Assembly: GCA_934754445.1 (NCBI GenBank)
Contig: CAKVHZ010000002.1
Coordinates: forward strand, 3,585-67,584
DNA from: an uncultured Clostridia bacterium
GTDB taxonomy: Bacteria; Bacillota; Clostridia; Christensenellales; UBA1242
DNA: 64,000 bases
Reading direction: 5' to 3'
Shown here: positions 37,801 to 46,400 of the stretch, piece by piece
How positions within the stretch are numbered: the stretch's first letter is position 1
Layout: every line of letters begins with the position of its first letter
Notes under the pieces: model-generated
Database searches by the model: none
Told to the model about the DNA's origin: nothing
Seen by the model: the letters and a program-made list of their open reading frames with translations, nothing else
Made by a program: the position numbers and the translations under genes

Positions 37801-38514
37801 CTATTTAGCACTTTTAACAACTTCGTAAACATCAGTGCTACCTTCAACTAATCTTACTTCATAACCATCAGCAACTAATTTATCGTTTGGATTATCTTTA
37901 ACTATGTTAAATTTATCAAATTTTCCACCAGTAATAGAAACTGTTGCAGTTTTTTCTAATTGTGGTTTACTTGAATCATTGTTATTATAAATATTGATAG
38001 TTAATCCATATGGTCCTTCAACTTTGTTATCATTTAATTGTTGAATTGAATATTCTCCGCCCTTAATTTCTACATCTCCATCATAAGCATAAACAGCAGA
38101 TACATTACCTACATATTTACCATCTTCAACAACCAATTTGCCACCATCCATTACATCTAATGCATAGCAGTCGTTCTCTTTAGCAAGAATTTGTCCATTA
38201 CCCTTTAATGTTAAATTTCCATTTTCTCGAACAGATATAATACTCCAAGAATTTGGACTCTTGTCCCAAATATCATTTTCATTGTATAGTTTTTTGCCGT
38301 TTAAATCTAAAACAACTTTTCTTTTTACAACTAATGAATCTTCAACATTAATATCTGCTGTAACTTTAATTATGTCCTTATCACCATTTAATGCTTGAGT
38401 TAATTCAGCATAGGTTGAAACTTCTGCTACTGAAGGTGCACAAGCACTAAGCATAAACATTGCTGGAACAATTAAAAGCACTGCCAATACTAAACTTAAA
38501 ATTTTCTTTTTCAT
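37801..38514 (-). CDS. Putative lipoprotein with beta-helix-like G-rich repeats
   Basis: Signal peptide plus lipobox MKKKILSLVLAVLLIVPAMFMLSAC. Repeated GG[KE][YF] turns (VEDGKY, IKGGEY, ITGGKF). Confidence 0.6.
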   Translation of the reverse strand: MKKKILSLVLAVLLIVPAMFMLSACAPSVAEVSTYAELTQALNGDKDIIKVTADINVEDSLVVKRKVVLDLNGKKLYNENDIWDKSPNSWSIISVRENGNLTLKGNGQILAKENDCYALDVMDGGKLVVEDGKYVGNVSAVYAYDGDVEIKGGEYSIQQLNDNKVEGPYGLTINIYNNNDSSKPQLEKTATVSITGGKFDKFNIVKDNPNDKLVADGYEVRLVEGSTDVYEVVKSAK

Positions 38515-38638
38515 AAAATTCTCCTTTTGTTATTTTGTTATAATCTAGCATATAAAAAAATATAAGTCAAACAAATTTAAAATAGTTTTTGCAAAAAATA
38601 AAAAAATATGTATTAAAATAAAATTATCTTTAAAAATC

Positions 38639-38667
38639 TTGACAATTCCCATTTAAACTGATATAAT
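38639..38667 (+). promoter_or_regulatory. Consensus sigma-A promoter of tRNA-Lys
   Basis: TTGACA (38639-38644), 17 nt, TATAAT (38662-38667). Confidence 0.65.
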
Positions 38668-38688
38668 TTATGTTGTTTTTTAACTTTT

Positions 38689-38764
38689 GGGCTATTAACT
38701 CAGTTGGTAGAGTAGTCGACTCTTAATCGAAATGTCCGGGGTTCGAACCCCCGATGGCCCACCA
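38689..38764 (+). tRNA. tRNA-Lys (anticodon CUU), CCA encoded
   Basis: 76 nt, folded by hand. Acceptor GGGCTAT/ATGGCCC. D stem ACTC/GAGT. Anticodon loop C-T-CTT-A-A. T arm CGGGG-TTCGAAC-CCCCG. One 27:43 G-A mismatch. Confidence 0.85.
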
Positions 38765-38939
38765 CAACTAACATTATAAGAACCAACGAAATAATATATG
38801 TATTTGTAAATGGAAATTTTGGTATAATAACAAAAAATCTATCTCATTTGATAGATTTTTTTATTGTTTACTTAATTAAATTATGATTCTTTAAATTAAA
38901 TAAAAATATTTTATTAATTAAACAAACATTAGTATAAAT

Positions 38940-39785
38940 TTATTTTACTTTTTTAATTAGCATTGTAACTAAAGGTGAAGTAAAATATGAAGTTGTTAAA
39001 GTGTTTTCTTTTTTTCCGCCCAAAAGATATATATCTTTTGAATTATGAAGATTTACAAGTTCAAAAGGAGTCGCCAAATCTTTTACTTCTACTAAACCAA
39101 AACCTGTAATATTGTGTGGCACAGCATTAAAACTCCAATCATTCACTCCTATTAATACTTTGTTTGAGTCTACTTCTCTAAATCCAACCGCTAAATAATC
39201 TATATTATTATCAAATTGAGAGCCATTTAAAGTAACATAACCATTAAAATTAAACATTATTTCATATGTCCCTATTTCATTAAATTGAATTGTGTCTTCT
39301 CCAACATTTAATAAAACTAAATTTGAAGTTGATAATTCAATATCTTTTAACGGAAGACGCTCACCACTTCCCACTTTAAAGCCATAATCAGGAACATCTA
39401 TGGTATCATCTCGAAGGGTTGCAATATAAACTTCTTTTATGAAGGTTAAACCATCATCGCCCTTATCACCTTTATCACCTTTTTCGCCTTTCTCCCCTTT
39501 CTCACCTTTTTCGCCTTGCAAATAACCATCATCAATCCATTTATTGTTTTTTGCATCATATATTAATAGTCTTTTAGGAATGCCATTTCCTATTAAAACC
39601 GCCATACCATCAAAAGGATTTTTAGGTAAATCATCAATAGACGAATAAATTCCATCTATTTGAAAACCTTTTCCCGCATCTCCTTTTTCGCCCTTTGGGC
39701 CTTTTGGACCTGTTGGACCTATATAGTAAGCCAATTTATCGAATGGAACACAACAAATTGTTTGTTTTTTATTACATTTTATCAT
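38940..39785 (-). CDS. Collagen-like triple-helix repeat protein, BclA-like
   Basis: GPTGPKGPKGEKGDAGKG and GEKGEKGEKGEKGDKGDKGDDG Gly-X-Y runs, a ~60-aa insert between them, and a ~170-aa beta-rich C-terminal domain. AAGGAGA SD. Confidence 0.8.
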   Translation of the reverse strand: MIKCNKKQTICCVPFDKLAYYIGPTGPKGPKGEKGDAGKGFQIDGIYSSIDDLPKNPFDGMAVLIGNGIPKRLLIYDAKNNKWIDDGYLQGEKGEKGEKGEKGDKGDKGDDGLTFIKEVYIATLRDDTIDVPDYGFKVGSGERLPLKDIELSTSNLVLLNVGEDTIQFNEIGTYEIMFNFNGYVTLNGSQFDNNIDYLAVGFREVDSNKVLIGVNDWSFNAVPHNITGFGLVEVKDLATPFELVNLHNSKDIYLLGGKKENTLTTSYFTSPLVTMLIKKVK

Positions 39786-39814
39786 AATTTTCTCCTTTTG
39801 TTATTCATTAACTC

Positions 39815-39840
39815 ATAATATGAAAATTTGATAAAAAAGT
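39815..39840 (-). promoter_or_regulatory. Candidate sigma-K-like promoter of the collagen-like gene
   Basis: AC (39840-39839), 16 nt, CATATTATG (39822-39814). The same CATATTAT 8-mer occurs upstream of spoVM. Confidence 0.3.
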
Positions 39841-39864
39841 TTAATCCACACTTGGTGGACTTTA

Positions 39865-41379
39865 TTATAATAATTCTAAATTCTTTTTAAATACTTTTTT
39901 AAAATCACTTTCGTTTTTCATGCCTTCACGAAGTTCTAGTGGTGCTGGAGTTTCTACTTGAGTTTTAATAATAATAGAATCTCCTAAAATATCACAAGTC
40001 ATATCTTTAATTCTTGCTTTACCGAAAGCATCTAAACTAGAAGCAAGATTTACTATGATTGCTAATTTTTTAACAGCATCTATATCTTCTTCAGTAAGTA
40101 GATTTTTATATTTTACCCATTCTGTTAAGTTAAAATCATCAAGTTTTGTGCAAAGCATAATAAAAGCTGCAAGAACAATATCACGATGACTAGCACCCAT
40201 AATATAACTATTTAAAATTAAGTTATAACCGGCTTTATTGTTTTCGTAAAAATTAACTCTGTTTCCACAATTATATAAATTTGATGCAATTCTTAATGCT
40301 TTAACATAAGTTCGTGGTAATTTGTGTAATACTTTAAGTTGTTTATATAAAATTACTGTTAAATAATAAACATGAGCAATATTGTTTGGTTTTTGAGTGT
40401 AAAATTCATTAATTATATCTAAAGAATTTCCTAAAATATCGGGATAAGGTTTATCAGTTAAATTAGGATTAGCAACATAATTTAACATACCTTCGCTAAA
40501 ACCAGGTTTACTTGCTAAAATTTGTGTATTTTTAATTGTTTCAAAAATTGCATGATAAATTGCAATAGAACAAGCAAATAAATCTGCTCTATCTTGACTA
40601 ATACCTTTAATTTTTTTAGTTTTATCAACATCTAGTCCTAACATAAAGTTATAAACGGTGTCAAAATCTGTTTTAGTTAAACTATACATATTTTCAATAT
40701 CTAAAGGATATTTAGTCATTTTTCTAGCAAGTTTACAAATACTTAAAAAGTATTTTTCCATGCCAATAACCGAAATTTCAGGTTCTAGATTTTTAAGCCA
40801 TTCAATTTTATTTAATTCTTCACTAAAAAATTTAGAAACTTTACTAAACATTTCTTTTGGTGGAGTATTTTCTAAGTCTAATTTCTTTAATACATTTAAA
40901 GTTCCATAAGGAATAATATTTTTTTCAAAGATACTTCTTTTGCTAAAATTTAAAATAACTGTATCGTTAGTATTAACAACAGCTAAAACTCCACGAGAAA
41001 CATCTACTGAGTTAATAACAGCATAGTAAAAACCATTAACTTCTTCATCTTCTGTCATTTCTTTAAATTTTAAATTACAACGAGAATAAATTTGTTCAAA
41101 AATACTAACTTCATTTTTTACATTATAAAAACTTCGATGTGCTAAACAAGTAGTTTCAACAACATTATAACTATCACATAAACTTTTAAACCCAATACAA
41201 ATATTAACTAATTCATTAATTTTTGGTGCTTTTATAATTTCGTCTTCTTCAATATCAGCAACTAAGTTAATTGGTTCTATAACTTGGTGTAAAGTTACTA
41301 TTGAATTTGTTTTTACTACACTAGCAATAGTTAATTTAATGTTTAAAACATCTAGTTCTACAATGGCAATATTCTTCAT
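39865..41379 (-). CDS. Ppx/GppA-like protein with degenerate catalytic motifs
   Basis: 504 aa, collinear with the Ppx/GppA ASKHA N-domains plus a helical C-domain. Phosphate-1 reads AIVELDVLNIKLTIA (expected DxGSNS). Phosphate-2 reads LAVVNTNDT (expected DIGGGS). The His-rich C-motif reads NLYNCGNRVNFYENNKAGY. Confidence 0.45.
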   Translation of the reverse strand: MKNIAIVELDVLNIKLTIASVVKTNSIVTLHQVIEPINLVADIEEDEIIKAPKINELVNICIGFKSLCDSYNVVETTCLAHRSFYNVKNEVSIFEQIYSRCNLKFKEMTEDEEVNGFYYAVINSVDVSRGVLAVVNTNDTVILNFSKRSIFEKNIIPYGTLNVLKKLDLENTPPKEMFSKVSKFFSEELNKIEWLKNLEPEISVIGMEKYFLSICKLARKMTKYPLDIENMYSLTKTDFDTVYNFMLGLDVDKTKKIKGISQDRADLFACSIAIYHAIFETIKNTQILASKPGFSEGMLNYVANPNLTDKPYPDILGNSLDIINEFYTQKPNNIAHVYYLTVILYKQLKVLHKLPRTYVKALRIASNLYNCGNRVNFYENNKAGYNLILNSYIMGASHRDIVLAAFIMLCTKLDDFNLTEWVKYKNLLTEEDIDAVKKLAIIVNLASSLDAFGKARIKDMTCDILGDSIIIKTQVETPAPLELREGMKNESDFKKVFKKNLELL

Positions 41380-41466
41380 AATTTTTCCTTTAATTAATTT
41401 ATTTGAATTATAAAATTCTTTTATATTATATCATAATTTTAATTTTTTTCAAGTATTTTAATAAAA

Positions 41467-42591
41467 TTAATGAAATTCTTTTTTACTTAAAAAACTTAAA
41501 ACATTTACATCATATTGAATAAATTTTTCAAAATCTTTAATGCACATATTATCATTTATATCATTTACCACTACACATGATAAACTATTTAAGTATTTTT
41601 CATGATACTCTTTTAAATTGCTATAAATATTTTTATGTGCTTCATCTCGTTTTTCTTTTAATAGTTTTTTTAGTTTAAGTTTATCTTCTTTATTTTTGCA
41701 CTTTTTTATTTTGTCCTTTAAAACCATTTCATCATTATAAGCAAGCATCGCAGTATATTTAAAATTTTCAATTTCTTCTATATCGCTTTTAAACCCACCT
41801 AGCAAAGCCTTAACATCACTTATTTTTGCTCCATTTGGCATATTAATTAAGGCATTTTTTTTAAGACTACCCCCAACAAAATAAACAAAAATATTTGTTT
41901 GTGGAATTCCACCAATTGCGTTATTAATATTAAATAAATCTACTAAATTTAAACTTTTATTTTGCTTATTTTTATTAAAATTAAAGTTGACATTTTTATA
42001 TTCATTTTTTACTAAATTTTTTATTAATTTTATATCACTTTTATTGCAATTTATATATACATTTTTTATGTCTAAAATTTTTATTAAAAGATTAAAAACA
42101 TTAGTTATTTTTTGTTTATAATTTAAAAAAATAATTTTATTTATAAAATTATAATCGTTATATGTAACATTTAAATAAAGATTATTTTCTTCTAAATTTT
42201 TAAAATAATTTGCTAAATAAAATTCGCTACTTGCTAGCCCCATATTTAAACATAAATCTATTAAATTTTCTTTAGTTTTAAGGTTTTGTTTTTCAAAATT
42301 TTCGTGTTCATTTTTTTCATCATTTTCTATTTCTATAAACTGAGCTAAATTATTAAAAATATCTTTTTCAGTTTTAATTTTTGTTACTTTTCCGCTAACA
42401 GAAGATAAAATTTTTTGTTGGTTTTTATCAATTAAAATAGTAGAGCCAACTTTAACAAAATCTCCCACCTTAACTAAAGTTTTAAAATCCCCTTCTTTTA
42501 ACTGACAAGTTGAAATTTTTACTATTTTAGGGTCTTTAAAAGTTAATATTTCATTTATTATAGGTAGATTTTTAGTCTTATAAAATTTCAT
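41467..42591 (-). CDS. Hypothetical protein with an RnfC/NqrA-type N-terminal barrel-sandwich domain
   Basis: VKVGDFVKVGSTILIDKNQQKILSSVSGKVTKI resembles the RnfC_N/NqrA N-domain. No Cys clusters or NAD(H) motif. K/N-rich remainder. Confidence 0.35.
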   Translation of the reverse strand: MKFYKTKNLPIINEILTFKDPKIVKISTCQLKEGDFKTLVKVGDFVKVGSTILIDKNQQKILSSVSGKVTKIKTEKDIFNNLAQFIEIENDEKNEHENFEKQNLKTKENLIDLCLNMGLASSEFYLANYFKNLEENNLYLNVTYNDYNFINKIIFLNYKQKITNVFNLLIKILDIKNVYINCNKSDIKLIKNLVKNEYKNVNFNFNKNKQNKSLNLVDLFNINNAIGGIPQTNIFVYFVGGSLKKNALINMPNGAKISDVKALLGGFKSDIEEIENFKYTAMLAYNDEMVLKDKIKKCKNKEDKLKLKKLLKEKRDEAHKNIYSNLKEYHEKYLNSLSCVVVNDINDNMCIKDFEKFIQYDVNVLSFLSKKEFH

Positions 42592-42622
42592 ATAAAATAT
42601 ATATCAAATTTTATGGATTTTG

Positions 42623-42991
42623 TCAACTTTTTTCAAAAATGAAAAAGCTTGCACCTTGAAAAAGTCCTAGTGCTACTAAAAACACACCGAATAAAGATTT
42701 TAATGTTAAAGTATTAATGGAACTAGCAAGAAGCGAGCCTAGTAACGAAAAACCTACTCCACTTAATATTATAGGCAAAGCGACTTTAAATTCTATTAAT
42801 TTATTTTTAGCATGAATTATAATAGATATTATTGCCATTATAGTGAAAGAAATTAGATTTATTCCCTGACTTTCTAACTGACTAAGTCCACCCAGCAAAG
42901 TTAATAGTGGAATAAGAAGTGTTCCACCACCCATGCCCATTCCGCCTAAAATTCCACCAATTAAACCATATAAAATTAATAAGTAAATCAT
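42623..42991 (-). CDS. TSUP (TauE/SafE) family half-size membrane protein
   Basis: 122 aa, about 4 TM. GGILGGMGMGGGTLLIPLL motif. Confidence 0.7.
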   Translation of the reverse strand: MIYLLILYGLIGGILGGMGMGGGTLLIPLLTLLGGLSQLESQGINLISFTIMAIISIIIHAKNKLIEFKVALPIILSGVGFSLLGSLLASSINTLTLKSLFGVFLVALGLFQGASFFIFEKS

Positions 42992-43000
42992 TTTTCTCCT

Positions 43001-43378
43001 TTAACCGAACATTAATCTTGCCCCTACCAAAACCATGATTACTGCAAAAATCATTCTTAAAACTTTATTATTCATTTTATTAAGTAAAAACGAGCCGAGT
43101 ATTCCACCTATTACAACACCAATAGTAGTTAAACCTAAATTTAGATAATCAAAAGTGTTTTTAGTTATATAAATTATCGAACTGGTAATACTTAATGGTA
43201 AAATACAAAGGATTGCCGTAGCATGAGCTTTTTTCTCTTCTAGTTTAAACAAAAACACTAAAAGCGGAACAACTATCATACCACCACCGCCACCAAAAAA
43301 GCCATTTAAAAAACCGACCACCACTCCTGATAGCAAACTTATAATAATTAAAGATTTTTTAGATTTAGTTTTAATCAC
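43001..43378 (-). CDS. TSUP (TauE/SafE) family half-size membrane protein
   Basis: 125 aa, about 4 TM. GFLNGFFGGGGGMIVVPLL motif. 9-nt gap to the partner gene. Confidence 0.7.
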   Translation of the reverse strand: MIKTKSKKSLIIISLLSGVVVGFLNGFFGGGGGMIVVPLLVFLFKLEEKKAHATAILCILPLSITSSIIYITKNTFDYLNLGLTTIGVVIGGILGSFLLNKMNNKVLRMIFAVIMVLVGARLMFG

Positions 43379-43482
43379 AAAAAAATTTTTAACAAAAAAA
43401 TAAAATTTATAAGCAAAATATTTGCAAAAAGTTTTAAATTATAATATACTAAATAAGTTATTAATTTATAAAGGAAGATATT

Positions 43483-46400
43483 ATGACAAAAAATAAATTT
43501 ACAATTAAAAAATTAACTTTAATTTTATTAGTAGTTGCACTACTTTGTATGCAACACTTAGTTACTCTTTTAGGTGTTTTAGATTTTTCTAAAAAAGAAA
43601 TTTTTGCAGATTCTACAACAATTTCTCAAATTAGTATATCTAACTCTAATTTTACAAATAGTTCAGGTGATAAATTAGGTGAACCTAGTTCCTTTACAAC
43701 CTTAGGGACTAAAGCAAGCACTGTTTCTGGTGTAATAGACACTGATGTATCTACTTTCCAAGATAATAAAAGCACTTATAAATTAAACTTTAACCCTAGT
43801 GCCCCAAAAAGTTCTAGTGATAGCAAAGTTTTAATGATAAACAACCAAAACTTACAATCAAGTTACGGTTATCAAAGTAGTTCTTTTACTTTAAGTAAAA
43901 ATGGATACTACTATGTTTCTGCATATGTTTATACTCAATATACAGATATTTCCGCATCTGCAAGTATTTATTTATCAAATGATAATTTAGATGTATTAGA
44001 TACAAGCAAAATTGAAAATATTTCTACTAAAGGTGTTTGGAAAGAATATCGTTTTTATGTTAAAACAAACTCAACTGACCAATCAGTTAGTTTAAAACTT
44101 TATATCGGCTCAAAAGATACATTCAAAAGTTCTGGCGCTGTATTCTTTGATAACTTATCAGCTTATTCTTTAAGCGAAGCAGATTATTATACTCACATTA
44201 ACAATAAAGGAATTGATAGTAAAGAAATAGTTTTAACTAATAAAAATGTAAACTTGTCTAATGGTATTTTAGACGGCGACTTTGATAATAATAGTTTAAC
44301 AGACTTTACTAAAGTAGCAGGTTCAACTGTTGCTTCACAAAACATCGCAAAAGTTGTTGGTATTGGTGATTATTTTGAAAGCAGTGAGAGTAACACAGAT
44401 GTCAACCCTACTTCTGCTAATAGATTAAACAACAAATATGCTTTACTTATAAACAACTCTACCCCAACTTATACTGCTTTTAAAAGTAATGATATTTTAA
44501 TTGAACAACATAAACTTTACAAATTATCTATTGATGTAAAAACTTCAAATTTTGCTAGTAGCGGTGCTAAATTAATTTTAGAACAAAAAACTACAGACGA
44601 TGAAACTAAGGCTAGTGCAAATTTTGATAGCATAAATACTTCTAGTCAAACAAATAGTATTAAAAACGATTGGATTACTTATAGTTTTTATATCAATGGT
44701 AGTGCTTTTGATACTGAATATGCTAACTTAACTTTAGCTTTAGAAGAAAATGCAAAAGGTTATGTATACTTTGATAATATTGTTTTAGAAGAAATAACAA
44801 CTACTGAATTTGATAACAACTCTTCAAGCACAAATTCAAAAAGTTTAAACTTTTCTAATTTAAGTGAAAATCCTTCAATTAGTAATGGTGCTTTCAATAG
44901 CGTATTAATTGAAGACACTGAAAAAGGTTACCCTTATAAAGCAAAAGATTATACTGTTACAAATTCTAACGACAAAAATTTTAGTGGAATTATTAATGTA
45001 AACGCAAATAATTTTGATGCACAAAATTATCCATTCAATAACCCAGTTTCTATTTACAATTCAAACGCAAATTTAAGTCATAATAATGTATTTGTTCTTG
45101 CCAATATTGAAAGAGATTATCAAATAGTAAAAAGCCCTGAATTCTCTCTATCTAGTTCAAATTTAGATACTCAAAACTACTATAAAGTAAATTTTGCTTT
45201 AAACACACAAAATTTAGTTGATTATGGTGTTAATGTTAGTTTAAAAACAACTGACGGAGAAACAATTGCAAACTTAAGAAACTTAAACACTTCTAACAAA
45301 TGGGAAATTATTTCTATATATGTTAAAACTAATAACTCTAACAAAACTTGTGTTTTAGAAATTAGTTTAGGTTCAAGCATAAATACAGCAAAAGGCTTTG
45401 CTTTTATTGATAATTTAAAATTAGACACTTCAAGTAAAGATGCTTTTGATGAAGCAACTAATTCTAACTTTGTTTATAAAACAGACTTAGATAAAGTTGA
45501 TTTAAGTTTAGTTAGTGAAGATAATACAAATAATATTTATACTTCAAATAACTTTACTGGAACAAAAAATTCTAAAACTGGAAATGTAGAAGCAGGTGTT
45601 ATTAATGCTAATACTCACCCTACTTTAAATGTTGGCTATGTAAATAACCCTTATATTTTAACTATTCACAACATCACAGATTCTTACTATAGTTTAAAAT
45701 CTAATGCTTATTCTCTAACTAGTGGAAATAGTTATAAAATTACAGTAAGTGTTAAAACTTTATTTGCTAAACAAGATGAAAACAACTTACAAAAAGACGA
45801 AAAAGATAAAGATATTCCATTTGGTGCAAAAATTGAATTAAGCGGAATTAATGCTAAAGTTAGTGGAATTGTTACTGGTAATGATTATGAAACTTATACA
45901 TTTTATGTTAATGCAACAACAGATTCTACAATTTATTTCAACCTAAGTTTAGGCGATGAAAAAGCACTAACTAGTGGTTATGCTTTCTTCGATAACTTAA
46001 GTATAACTCAAATTAGTAGTGATGATTTTGCTACAGCAAAAGAAAATAAAGTTGAAACTGATAATAAAACAATAATCATTGGCAATACTGAAACTAAAAA
46101 TGATGATAAAACCAGCGATACTGAAAAATCATCTGTAAACTTCGACTGGTTAGTTGTTCCTACTTTAATCACTGCCCTAGCATTATTAATCGCAATGGTT
46201 TGTGCATTATTAAGAAAACTAAATATTAAATTGCCTACTCATGTTAACACTGTTAAAGATTATGACAGAGCAAAAACTTTAGTTAAAGACATGGAAAGAC
46301 GAGAAAGAATTAAACAAAGAGAAGAAAGACTAAAAGCTTTAAGAGAAAAATTACAAGAAATTCAAGACAACTTAGACTTAACTAAACAAGAATATAAAAA

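Noticed and set aside
38815-38865. Tiny sRNA from a TGgTATAAT extended -10 at about 38822-38830, followed directly by a hairpin terminator.
   Set aside because: The hairpin is most simply the tRNA-Lys terminator. The -10-like box has no convincing -35, and the transcript would be only about 30 nt.
39440-39520. 9-bp periodic repeat (GEKGEKGEKGEKGDKGDKG coding DNA) as a CRISPR-like or contingency repeat.
   Set aside because: It lies inside a collagen Gly-X-Y coding tract. The codons are heterogeneous, so there is no perfect tandem repeat, and there is no spacer structure. No CRISPR array was seen anywhere in the window.
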